Shown piece by piece: positions 36,008 through 44,571 of a stretch of 53,991 nt of DNA; the first letter of the stretch is position 1; each line of letters starts with the position of its first letter. Made by a program: the position numbers and the translations under genes. Location: positions 1 through 53,991 of IMG/VR virus record IMGVR_UViG_3300045999_000337. One strand, 5' to 3'. The DNA comes from a virus (lineage: Duplodnaviria > Caudoviricetes). The notes under the pieces were generated by a model, which searched no databases, was not told the origin of the DNA, and saw nothing but the letters and a program-made list of their open reading frames with translations.

Positions 36008-37032
36008 TGGCTGGCTTATTTCAGGGTGACCCACTACCCTCGATTACCAAGACGACGGAAGCCCAACAGACGGCTCCAGAGTTTTACACGAATTACCTGC
36101 AAGACATCGCCAACTTAGGTCAGAACGCTGTCCAACAGGGCGGCATCGCTGGCTTCAGTCCTTTGCAACAGCAAGCCTTCCAGATGGCTCCAGACGTCGC
36201 GTTTGCTGGCGCTGGGTCTTTGGGTGCGGCTTCTCAATTGCTAGGCGAGGCGGGCGCTACAACTGTTCCTGACGTCATTGCTGACTACATGAACCCCTAT
36301 CAATCCGCTGTGGTGGATGAGATGGGCCGTCTGACTCAGCGCAACGTCCAAGAAAACATCCTGCCAAACCTTGGCGCGGCGGCTGTTGGCTCTGGTCAAT
36401 TTGGCTCACGTCGTCAACAGCAGGTCACTGGCAACGCTTTGCGCGACATCCAAGCTGACTTGATGGGCAAACAAATGCAAGCGCTCCAACAGGGCTACAC
36501 CACCGCTGGAACGCAGGCTCAGGCAGACTTGTCTCGCGCCTTGTCCGCTGGGCAGGGCTTTACCAATTTAGGTCAAGAGCAACAGCAACTAGGTACAGCG
36601 GGTCTCAAGACCATGTCCGACTTTGGCGCTCAACAGCAGGCTCAAGGTCAGAAGTTGCTTGACTACCCAATGGCTCAGACCCAACAGTTTGCCAAGCTGA
36701 TGCAGGGTTATCAAATTCCTATGGGTACAACCACGCAGGCGACTGGCTCCGAGGGTTATTCCAACAGCCCGTTGTCGCAAATTGCTGGTTTAGGTTCCTT
36801 GGTTGCGTCGCTCTTTCCAAATTCTGCGGCATCCGAAGCGGCAATCGCAGAAGCAAATGCCAGAAAAGCCTATTACGAAAGAGGCGGTAAACCTATTGCC
36901 AAAGGCGGCGTAATTCGCAAGGCGCATGGAGGCGGTGTTCGCCTTGCTGATGGCGGAATGGCTCCTTCTGGCGCAGAATATCACGATGGCAACGGAAATT
37001 TTTACGATGCCGATGGCTACTTAGTGGGGTAA
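36007..37032 (+). CDS. Putative DNA ejection/pilot protein
   Basis: Gln/Gly/Ala-rich; IAGFSPLQQQAF, YMNPYQ..V and GQFGSRR motifs typical of podovirus ejection proteins. Confidence 0.65.
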   Translation: MAGLFQGDPLPSITKTTEAQQTAPEFYTNYLQDIANLGQNAVQQGGIAGFSPLQQQAFQMAPDVAFAGAGSLGAASQLLGEAGATTVPDVIADYMNPYQSAVVDEMGRLTQRNVQENILPNLGAAAVGSGQFGSRRQQQVTGNALRDIQADLMGKQMQALQQGYTTAGTQAQADLSRALSAGQGFTNLGQEQQQLGTAGLKTMSDFGAQQQAQGQKLLDYPMAQTQQFAKLMQGYQIPMGTTTQATGSEGYSNSPLSQIAGLGSLVASLFPNSAASEAAIAEANARKAYYERGGKPIAKGGVIRKAHGGGVRLADGGMAPSGAEYHDGNGNFYDADGYLVG

Positions 37033-37035
37033 AGA

Positions 37036-38853
37036 ATGGCAATTCCAACACAAGGTGGTTTGGGTCAAGCCTCCGCCGCCCAAGCAAAACCCCCTGCGCA
37101 AGCTGGAGGTAAGTTTGATGTTAACGCTGTGCAGGCTGAAAACATTGAAGAGATAACCAAAGCGAAACCCACTGGCTTAAAAGAGACAGTGATAGACGAC
37201 CTTGGCGAACAGCGCGAGGCGCTGAACAATGCGCTGTTGCGTATGCGTGCAAGTTTGGATGACCGCAAGAACAGGATGTTTGACCCTGTCTTGATGCAAG
37301 CCGCCGCAGGTTTCTTAAAACCCACCAAGACGGGTTCGTTTGGCGAGTCCTTGGGGTATGCCGCAGAAGGCGCTGGAGCCGCCGCAGAGCGCGAAGCTGT
37401 CTTTCAACGAGAGAACCAAAAGCTGGAGATGGAATTGCTTGGCAAAGAGCAGGAGTTGCGTCAGCAGTTGGGTGGTGACCAGTTAATCAGCGCCCTAATG
37501 GGTGGCCCAAGAACCAATGCACCTGCACCTGCTGGAGGCGCTGTAACTACGCCGACGGGACAGCTAAGAGTCCCCGGCACCGCTTCGCCCACCGACGTTG
37601 CAACCGCACCAAATCCACAGCAAGTCTTGAGTGCGGCGGCGCAGGGTCGCATCAAAATCACAGACGACGTTTTGCTTTTGGCAAGTCGCGTTGCACCAAA
37701 GATGCTTGCAACTTTGCAAGAGATTCGTAAGTCTCAAATTGAAGAAGAAAAAATTACAATTGACCGCGAAAAATTAGGTCAAGACAAGCGCAAGGTTATT
37801 CCTCGTGGCTTGCGCACCGAGCGCGAGATGAACGTGGACGAGTACGCAAAATATAAAGCCGCGCTAGACCAATATTTTGTTGATGGCGATGAGCAGAAGT
37901 TGCTTTCTTTCTACGACAGAAATGGCTACCTTGAGTCAGAACAAGTTCGTGGTCGCAAAATTCCAAAGGCAGGCGAAACGACTGCTCCAATTAGCCCAGC
38001 AAGGTCTGCAACGGAACAAAAGGCAGAAGAGGAAACTGCAACGAAGACAGCGGCAGGTCGCGCTGAATCCGCTGAGAAGATGGCATCACGTCTTGGATTG
38101 CAGGCTGAGGCGGCGTTTGAGAACAGCAACATTGCTCAAGACATGATTGGCTATGCGAAGAACAATCCGTTGGTGTTTGACATTATGAACCGCCCCGGCC
38201 TTGGGAACGCTATCGCTCGTGCCGTGCAAGAGGGTGCAAACGCAGGCAACTTTAACATCAACCTGCCAGCCAGCACCATCAAGCAGTACGAACTCAGTGG
38301 CAACGATTTGACTGCGTTGCAGATGTTCATGCAGAAGAGCGCACAGTTGCAGTCGCGTGGTCGTCAGTTGAACAGGACGCCCGGCGAGGGCGCTACCTCC
38401 GACTACGAAACCAAACTGCTTGGTGGCATCTATGCATTGCCATCCGACAGTCAACGCGCCATCATCTTGAAGTCTGACGCGCTTATCTTGCAGGGCAAGT
38501 TTGACGAAGAGCGCTTCAAACTATGGAATCAAAAGAGCAAGCAGTCTGGCTACACCTACAACGACTTTCTTGTTGATGATGACTTCAAGGCGCTCAAGGC
38601 TGACTATCGCAAGACGCTTGACCGCGTGCGTGAAGACAACTTGGACTTGCTGTCTCCAAAGAAAAAAGAAAAAACACCAACGGCTTCCACGCCTCCCGCT
38701 CCTGCGGCTTCTCCAAAACCCGCTCCTGCTTCGTCGGCTCCACCAAAACCTGCGTCCGCAACTCCGTTGCCATCAACCGACCCGACTGTGCCATCAGGCT
38801 ACATTCGAGACCCAAAAACTGGCGTAATTCGCAAGAAGCGCGAAGGGGAGTGA
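37036..38853 (+). CDS. Putative DNA ejection protein
   Basis: Helical; AAAGFLKPTKTGSFGESLG; Pro-rich linker then PSGYIRDPKTG at the C-terminus. Confidence 0.6.
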   Translation: MAIPTQGGLGQASAAQAKPPAQAGGKFDVNAVQAENIEEITKAKPTGLKETVIDDLGEQREALNNALLRMRASLDDRKNRMFDPVLMQAAAGFLKPTKTGSFGESLGYAAEGAGAAAEREAVFQRENQKLEMELLGKEQELRQQLGGDQLISALMGGPRTNAPAPAGGAVTTPTGQLRVPGTASPTDVATAPNPQQVLSAAAQGRIKITDDVLLLASRVAPKMLATLQEIRKSQIEEEKITIDREKLGQDKRKVIPRGLRTEREMNVDEYAKYKAALDQYFVDGDEQKLLSFYDRNGYLESEQVRGRKIPKAGETTAPISPARSATEQKAEEETATKTAAGRAESAEKMASRLGLQAEAAFENSNIAQDMIGYAKNNPLVFDIMNRPGLGNAIARAVQEGANAGNFNINLPASTIKQYELSGNDLTALQMFMQKSAQLQSRGRQLNRTPGEGATSDYETKLLGGIYALPSDSQRAIILKSDALILQGKFDEERFKLWNQKSKQSGYTYNDFLVDDDFKALKADYRKTLDRVREDNLDLLSPKKKEKTPTASTPPAPAASPKPAPASSAPPKPASATPLPSTDPTVPSGYIRDPKTGVIRKKREGE

Positions 38854-38854
38854 T

Positions 38855-40579
38855 ATGGCAAATGACCATGTAAAAATGTTTATTGAGGAGTATTCGCCAA
38901 TTGCAGAGCAGGTGAGCAAACAAACAGGTATTGCTCCCTCCTTGCTTCTGGCTCAGTGGGGCATGGAGTCTAGCTACGGGCGCAAGCCTGTCGGTCAATT
39001 CAATCTTGGCAACATCAAAGATATGTCTGGCGCTGGCACTGAGGCGGTGGACAATAAAACCAAGTCCAAAGACAAGTACCTAAATTTTGAAAGCCCAGAG
39101 GCTTTTGGCGATTACTACGCTAATTTAATGCGTCGGCTATATCCAAAAGCGCTTAACGCTGGCTCAGATATTTCAGCGTATGCAGAAGGCTTGCGCAATG
39201 GCGTTAAAGGTTCTTATGCTGAAGACGAAAACTACGAAAAGGTCATTCGTGGTGCATATCAATTGACGTCTGGGTTTTATAAAGACCCAGAAGTTCCAGA
39301 GGTAAAAGTAAACCCATTTGAGGATTACGAGTCTGAGTCTTCAAAGTTCAGGCGTGAGCAAGACGAACGAGACCGCAACAAGAAGACAGAGGTTAATCCA
39401 GAAGACCAGCAGGGTGGCATTACCGCGCCTGATATTGGTGCTGGCGCTGGCGCTATAGCCAACCTACTGTTCCCTCCTATGACTAGCCCAGAGAAGGCAG
39501 TCAAGATAGATACAGGGAAAGCACAAGAGGCAAACCTGACCGCTCAAGACAAGCTAGATTTGGCTCGTCGAAATTTAAGGACAGCCGTACCCCAAGGTGC
39601 GGACAATCTTGAGGACGCCTATAGGCAAAGCCAAAGTGAACTTGAGCGCATAAAAAATGAGCAAGCGTTGCTTGAATCTAGGCTTAGAGGTCTGCCACCA
39701 TCGCCTACCCCGCCAGCGCCCACTCCGCAAGAACAGTTGCAAATTGAAGCGCGGAAAATTACTGGGGCTGGAGCGCCTTACAACACCGTTCAGGCGATGG
39801 CAAGTGAGCGAGTTCCTTACAACTTGGCAAAACAAGCAATTGACATGACTCGTGGAGAGGGGCATGGCAAGGGCGCTCACGACATCATTGACATTTTTAA
39901 TCAAGCAAAAGAAAAAGCCGCTAACTTGGGTGGGTCTGATTATGTTTTGACTGGGGAGAAAGGCCCCGGTGAACTCTATCTGCCCAAAGAATTTGCAGAG
40001 CCAAGAAACGCCGAAATCGAGCAACGTGCAGAGCAAACTCGCCAACAGCAAGAATTTATGGCTCAAATGCAAGAGCAAGAGCGCTTACTCCTTCAGGCTG
40101 AACTAGACCGAATTCGTCAGGAGCGTGCGGCCCAAGGCACTCGGCACAATATTGTGACAGGGCAGACCAAAGAGGCGGCTCCTCTTAAGAGAGCGCTGAC
40201 AAAAGCCGAGACCGACGCAGAGATTGCTCGTCGCAAACTGGCGCGTGCGCAAGAGCAACCAAACGCCGCAGGGCGCGTGCTTCAAAACGTAGGGGCAGGC
40301 TCTGCCAAGATGGGCGCATTACCAAGAGCGGTTGTTGGTAGTGGCGCTGGCTACATTGGCGTGATGAGTTATCAGGAGGCTCTGGAGCGCTTTAAAGCTG
40401 GAGACACCAGCGAAGGCGTTTTGCAGGCTTTACAGGCGGGTTCTGCGGCGGCGGCTATGCTACCCCCAGCAGGCAAAGGATTGACCAAGGCGCGGGGCGC
40501 TGGCGTGCTTGGCACGCTAGGTCTAGGCGGATACCAAGCGGGCAGACGTCTGTTGAAAGAACGTCCGCCCGAAGAATAA
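38855..40579 (+). CDS. Virion-associated peptidoglycan hydrolase (N-terminal GH73/FlgJ-like glucosaminidase) ejection protein
   Basis: TGI.PSLLLAQWGMESSYG..FNLGNIK..F.SPEAF.D.Y..YAEDENY. Confidence 0.8.
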   Translation: MANDHVKMFIEEYSPIAEQVSKQTGIAPSLLLAQWGMESSYGRKPVGQFNLGNIKDMSGAGTEAVDNKTKSKDKYLNFESPEAFGDYYANLMRRLYPKALNAGSDISAYAEGLRNGVKGSYAEDENYEKVIRGAYQLTSGFYKDPEVPEVKVNPFEDYESESSKFRREQDERDRNKKTEVNPEDQQGGITAPDIGAGAGAIANLLFPPMTSPEKAVKIDTGKAQEANLTAQDKLDLARRNLRTAVPQGADNLEDAYRQSQSELERIKNEQALLESRLRGLPPSPTPPAPTPQEQLQIEARKITGAGAPYNTVQAMASERVPYNLAKQAIDMTRGEGHGKGAHDIIDIFNQAKEKAANLGGSDYVLTGEKGPGELYLPKEFAEPRNAEIEQRAEQTRQQQEFMAQMQEQERLLLQAELDRIRQERAAQGTRHNIVTGQTKEAAPLKRALTKAETDAEIARRKLARAQEQPNAAGRVLQNVGAGSAKMGALPRAVVGSGAGYIGVMSYQEALERFKAGDTSEGVLQALQAGSAAAAMLPPAGKGLTKARGAGVLGTLGLGGYQAGRRLLKERPPEE

Positions 40580-40608
40580 GTTTAGGAGCAGTTGCCACTC
40601 TCCTCTTT

Positions 40609-40637
40609 GCCCCCCTTTAATCGGGGGGGCTTTTTTT
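40609..40637. terminator. Terminator between convergent late and early blocks
   Basis: GCCCCCC-loop-GGGGGGC followed by T7 on the + strand; lies between convergent stops. Confidence 0.8.
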
Positions 40638-40857
40638 ACACTGGTCGTAGAGTTTCTAGTTTTTCACCGACTGCGCGGTTCATCTCTTTGACCATCTTGA
40701 CGCAACGAGCGTGTTCCTTGCGTGCGTACTCCACCGCCACATATTGCTCAATGTTGTGAGCAAACTGCGTGATGTCTACCTCGTCCGCAATCAAGGGGTC
40801 TTTGCGGGGTCGGTCGCTTTGAAAGAAAATTTGCTTGATGATTTCTTCGCTTAACAT
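40636..40857 (-). CDS. Hypothetical protein
   Basis: AGGAG SD on the - strand; last gene of the leftward operon. Confidence 0.7.
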   Translation of the reverse strand: MLSEEIIKQIFFQSDRPRKDPLIADEVDITQFAHNIEQYVAVEYARKEHARCVKMVKEMNRAVGEKLETLRPV

Positions 40858-40866
40858 TTTTTCTCC

Positions 40867-41673
40867 TTACTTGTAAGAGTTTTTCAGTTGCCAAAATTGT
40901 AAAAGGTTCACGAACATTTCCCAGCCACGGTCGAGGTCTTCAGCGCTCCACTCGCGCACCACGACAAGGTCAGGGACGCTACGAGAGACGAAGACGTTGG
41001 CACAGCGGGCCTTGGGGATGCCTAGACCAACTCGATAAGCTGAGAGTTGCATGAGGTGTTCATCGTAGCCGTCGACCTTTGCGGGGTCAGAGAACTCTTT
41101 GGTTTTGATGTCAGCGACGAGTCCGTGAAAGTCTGGGTCGTGAGTCGTTTGCCAGTTAGAGGTGATAGGGACAAATAAATCGCACTTACCGCCAAAACCG
41201 AGTTCATGTGCGAACGAGCGCTCAGAGACCCACTTTTGTTCGCCAAAGTGTTTGGTGATTGCGAGGTCGCAGGCTTGGACACTCTCGTGGTGTTTGCCTG
41301 TCGGGTTGTTTTCATAAAAGCCTTGAATAGATGCATGGATGTCAGTTCCCGCATCCGCCGCAGACCGACCCTGTTCTTTGGAATCGTTGATGATTCGGTC
41401 GATGTATTCCTTTTCAGGCTCGTCTGGGCGGCGGGGAAGGGTAAGCGCGGCAAGTAGCACCTGTTGCTGAAGCCAATTGGTCAGCGCAGGCTTTGCCGCA
41501 ACACTCAGAATTGTAGTGACACTCGGAACCAAGTTCATGGTTCGAGCATCTCTGAGCGTGGTGTTGCGTGGTGAGCCGTCCTTCTTGGATGGCACGGTGT
41601 ATTGCGGTACGCCGTCGCGGGTGTACCAATGATTTGATTCGCTTGCGCGAACCGCTGGTGTTGTGATGGTCAT
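40867..41673 (-). CDS. PD-(D/E)XK exonuclease (Cas4/RecB-like phage exonuclease)
   Basis: PSVTTIL..GTDIH..E..GFGGKCDL..DIKT..MQLSAY. Confidence 0.85.
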   Translation of the reverse strand: MTITTPAVRASESNHWYTRDGVPQYTVPSKKDGSPRNTTLRDARTMNLVPSVTTILSVAAKPALTNWLQQQVLLAALTLPRRPDEPEKEYIDRIINDSKEQGRSAADAGTDIHASIQGFYENNPTGKHHESVQACDLAITKHFGEQKWVSERSFAHELGFGGKCDLFVPITSNWQTTHDPDFHGLVADIKTKEFSDPAKVDGYDEHLMQLSAYRVGLGIPKARCANVFVSRSVPDLVVVREWSAEDLDRGWEMFVNLLQFWQLKNSYK

Positions 41674-41972
41674 TGTTGTGGCTCCTTGCCTTGTTTTGCG
41701 TCGTTGTAACCGCGTATGTATTCGTCCTTCAAGCGCTGGTCAAAAATTTTCATTGCCCAGTCAATGAAAAGCAATGCTCCCTCTTCGGCATTGCCTGTAA
41801 ATTGAAGCGTTGGGCCGTTGAAATCAAACCGCGCTACTTCGCCATCACGGTTATTGAACGTAATGTTGTAGTTGGGCTTCAAGTTGCCAATGCTCAGGCG
41901 CTGGCCTTCTGGGACAGAAAGGTTGGTCTCATGCCACCCAGCCATCTTTGGAAGTTCTTCAAATTCATCCAT
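41670..41972 (-). CDS. Hypothetical protein (100 aa)
   Basis: Likely start MDEFEELPK at 41972 after AGGA; stop overlaps the exonuclease start. Confidence 0.65.
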   Translation of the reverse strand: MDEFEELPKMAGWHETNLSVPEGQRLSIGNLKPNYNITFNNRDGEVARFDFNGPTLQFTGNAEEGALLFIDWAMKIFDQRLKDEYIRGYNDAKQGKEPQQ

Positions 41973-41979
41973 ATCTTTC

Positions 41980-42357
41980 CTATTGAAATTCTTGGGCATC
42001 TGCCCAGTTGTACCAGCGCGTGACAAACTTCTTGAGGTCATCAAAAGACTTGCCACGCACCCTGAAGCGTCCGTCTGAGCAGAGTTGCTCGAACTTCTCA
42101 ACCACCGTGTCACCATCCGTGTTGCCTTGAATGATGACCACAGTGAACTGGGGTTGCCTTGCCAGATTGCGCAGGAGCAACCCCTGTCCTTGGCTGATGC
42201 TTTCACCTTCCCGCTTCCATTCACCAACAAAGAATTTGCACTTGCGTTCAAACACCATGTCAATGTCGCAGGGCGTCGCTTTGGGGTTGGTCTCAATCAG
42301 TCCTTTAAACTGAAAGAAATCAATGTGCGACGCGTTTTGGTTACGCATGAGCCTCAT
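41980..42357 (-). CDS. Small PD-(D/E)XK/VRR-NUC-like nuclease-fold protein
   Basis: PCDID..E....F.VGEWK.....S.GQ. Confidence 0.55.
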   Translation of the reverse strand: MRLMRNQNASHIDFFQFKGLIETNPKATPCDIDMVFERKCKFFVGEWKREGESISQGQGLLLRNLARQPQFTVVIIQGNTDGDTVVEKFEQLCSDGRFRVRGKSFDDLKKFVTRWYNWADAQEFQ

Positions 42358-42359
42358 GG

Positions 42360-43019
42360 TCAGAAGGGGATGTCGTCGTCCATGTCATCAAAGCCACTAG
42401 AAGGGGCTTTAGCGGGCGCTGGAGCGCTTGAACCGCCTCGTGCCTGCCACTCTGGCGACTTCTGGATTTTCTCCTTCAGGCCGTTGCTAAAGCTGTCAAA
42501 CAGCGCCATGTCAGGCTCGTCGATAGAGAACAACTTCAACTCGTTGTGGCCTTGAGGGATTCCAGCCTTTTTGATGGCTGGTGGCACAGACATGATGGCG
42601 GCAATATTGGTGTACTCCTTGCCGTTGTTGCCCATAGCCTTGATGACCGAAATCATCGCCCACGCGCCTAGCACGTTCTTGAGTTCAAAGCCACGCAACT
42701 CGTCTGCGGTGAACTCGCGTCCACGCCACGTTTGCAGGTCTTTGCGCAGGGTTGCCATCTCCGCCAGCGAGAGCGTAAAGTTCTTGCTGATAGACATTGG
42801 CTCATTCTTGCCTGTGACAATGGGCTTGCCACTCTCGTCTTCGCCATGCACCTCAAATTGCAACATCACCTTGGGCAGTTTTTTAACCGTGCCGAGGTAG
42901 GTTGATTCTTGAGTTCCCAAGTCAATGACTCGGTAGCACCGTGCAAGGTGCATTCCTTGTGGGACAGGGGTAAATTCACCACCACCGCCGCCGCTTTCTT
43001 TCGCTATTAAAGCCATCAT
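42360..43019 (-). CDS. SSB-like replication/recombination protein
   Basis: F...PQG.H.ARCY.VIDLGTQ; acidic SSB-type tail FDDMDDDIPF. Confidence 0.7.
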   Translation of the reverse strand: MMALIAKESGGGGGEFTPVPQGMHLARCYRVIDLGTQESTYLGTVKKLPKVMLQFEVHGEDESGKPIVTGKNEPMSISKNFTLSLAEMATLRKDLQTWRGREFTADELRGFELKNVLGAWAMISVIKAMGNNGKEYTNIAAIMSVPPAIKKAGIPQGHNELKLFSIDEPDMALFDSFSNGLKEKIQKSPEWQARGGSSAPAPAKAPSSGFDDMDDDIPF

Positions 43020-43189
43020 TCGCTCCTAGTTTCTTCAGTCAAAATTGAACTCTTGGACATCCCGCATTCAGCGCAGATGAGTACCCAATCGTCCTCGGTA
43101 GCAACGCCTGCGATGCCCCTTCTCAGAGCCTCCTCAAGCATTTGCATTCTTTCCAGCATAAGCTGGTGCATCTCACTTTCATTGTGCAT
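43016..43189 (-). CDS. Hypothetical protein (57 aa), first gene of the leftward operon
   Basis: Read manually: MHNESEMHQLMLERMQMLEEAL..; ATGA overlap with the next gene. Confidence 0.6.
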   Translation of the reverse strand: MHNESEMHQLMLERMQMLEEALRRGIAGVATEDDWVLICAECGMSKSSILTEETRSE

Positions 43190-43190
43190 G

Positions 43191-43278
43191 GTTCGCTTTC
43201 AAGTTAAACTGGGCGTAGTGTATCATGTTTAATCTGGTGTTGCACAACATTTTTTTTTAGTGTAACATCCGCTTAACC
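43191..43278. promoter_or_regulatory. Divergent promoter region with three operator-like 19-mers
   Basis: Rightward TTGCAC(43240)-17-TAACAT(43263); leftward extended -10 TGATACACT (43217-25, - strand); GTTTAA-N7-TT(A/G)NAC-like sites at 43191, 43227 and 43260. Confidence 0.55.
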
Positions 43279-43292
43279 AAGAAAGGGATAAG

Positions 43293-43505
43293 ATGACTCT
43301 AAGCGAATATTTTTCCGATAAACCAAGAGGGACGATGATAGCTATGGCCCGCACGTTGGGCATTAGCAAAACATGGTTCTCATTGATTGTTACGGGGCGA
43401 CGACTGCCTAGCCCCGAACTGGCTCGTGACATCGAGTTGCACACAGGCAGGAAAGTGAAGAGGGCTGAACTTCGGCCCGACATTTTTGGAAAGACAGCGA
43501 AATGA
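43293..43505 (+). CDS. Cro/YdaS-like HTH regulator
   Basis: AMARTLGISKTWFSLI..G.R.PS.ELA..IE..TG.KV.RAELRPDIF. Confidence 0.85.
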   Translation: MTLSEYFSDKPRGTMIAMARTLGISKTWFSLIVTGRRLPSPELARDIELHTGRKVKRAELRPDIFGKTAK

Positions 43506-44140
43506 TATGGTACAAATTTCACATTGGTGACTACCTCACCCACACCGTGCATCTCAGCGATGCAGAGGACTTGGCGTATCGACGCCTGCTTGACCTCTAC
43601 TACATGAGCGAGAAGATGATTCCGCTTGACACCGAGGCTGTGGCCCGCAAGATTCGTCTTGATTTGGACATAACCGAATCGGTTTTGGATGAGTTTTTTG
43701 AACGTACCGAAACAGGGTATTTCAACAATCGTTGCCATGCTGAAGTTACCAAGTATCAACACCAAGTTGAGAATAATCGACAACTCGGAAAGCGAGGCGG
43801 CAGGCCGAAGAAAACCGAATCGGAAACCGAATCGGAACCGAACCATAACCCTAAGAAGATACAGATACAGAAGAAGAATATAAATACATCGTCGAAATTC
43901 GACGAGTTTTGGAATGCTTGGCCTTCATCAAAACGCAAGGTCGCAAAGTCTGAGTGCCAGAAGAAGTGGGCCAAGGCTGGGTTGGACTCTGTGGCTGAGA
44001 CCATCATTGCTCAGGTCAACAAACTCAAGGTGACCGAGCAGTGGACTGGCGGCTACGAGCCAGCACCCCTGACGTACATCAACCAACGTCGTTGGGAAGA
44101 CGATGCAGGCACGCCAGCCGTGGGTCGGAGGGTGATATGA
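43502..44140 (+). CDS. Replication initiator, DUF1376/YdaU-like
   Basis: WYKFHIGDYL..T.HLS..E..AYRRLLD.YY; C-terminal FDEFWNAWP..K..K and P.TYINQRRWED. Confidence 0.8.
   Translation: MIWYKFHIGDYLTHTVHLSDAEDLAYRRLLDLYYMSEKMIPLDTEAVARKIRLDLDITESVLDEFFERTETGYFNNRCHAEVTKYQHQVENNRQLGKRGGRPKKTESETESEPNHNPKKIQIQKKNINTSSKFDEFWNAWPSSKRKVAKSECQKKWAKAGLDSVAETIIAQVNKLKVTEQWTGGYEPAPLTYINQRRWEDDAGTPAVGRRVI
43672..43886. repeat. Iteron-like repeats, probable replication origin
   Basis: AACCGAATCGG at 43672, 43813 and 43825, AACCGAACC at 43836, then an A-rich tract. Confidence 0.5.
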
Positions 44141-44571
44141 CACCAGTCGAAAAAATGCTTGGTATGTTGACCAAGGTCAAGGGTCGCAATGGTTCTTGGA
44201 CTGCCTGCTGTCCTGCGCATAACGACAAGGGGCCATCACTTGCCATCCGTGAGACCGAAGATGGTCGAGTGTTGCTTCACTGCTTTGCTGGTTGCGAGAC
44301 TTTGAGTGTCGTGCAGGCTTTAGGTATGGACATGACCGACCTGTTCCCACCAGACGACAAGCGCCGCGAGTATCCCATCGAAGGCAAGAAGAGTTTGAAG
44401 CCAGCGTTTTACGCCAGCGACTTGATGCGCATCATCTCCTTTGAGGCACTGGTGGTCAGCATCTGCGCCTACGACTTAAGTCAAGGCAAGAAGTTGAGCG
44501 AGACTGACAGAGAGCGAATGAAATTATCCCAACAGCGAATTGAAGAGGCAATGAAATATGCAAACGTCTGA
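44137..44571 (+). CDS. Primase-type zinc-finger (CHC2) protein lacking a TOPRIM domain
   Basis: ACCPAHNDKGPSL.I..DGRVLLHCFAGC; ATGA overlap with the initiator. Confidence 0.8.
   Translation: MTPVEKMLGMLTKVKGRNGSWTACCPAHNDKGPSLAIRETEDGRVLLHCFAGCETLSVVQALGMDMTDLFPPDDKRREYPIEGKKSLKPAFYASDLMRIISFEALVVSICAYDLSQGKKLSETDRERMKLSQQRIEEAMKYANV

Noticed and set aside
40867-41673. Cas4 as part of a CRISPR system
   Set aside because: Stand-alone phage PD-(D/E)XK exonuclease beside an SSB-like gene; no Fe-S cysteine set, cas1 or array
41973-42296. N-terminal extension of the 208-aa ORF 41670..42296
   Set aside because: Overlaps 41980..42357 in another frame; a better start with an SD exists at 41972
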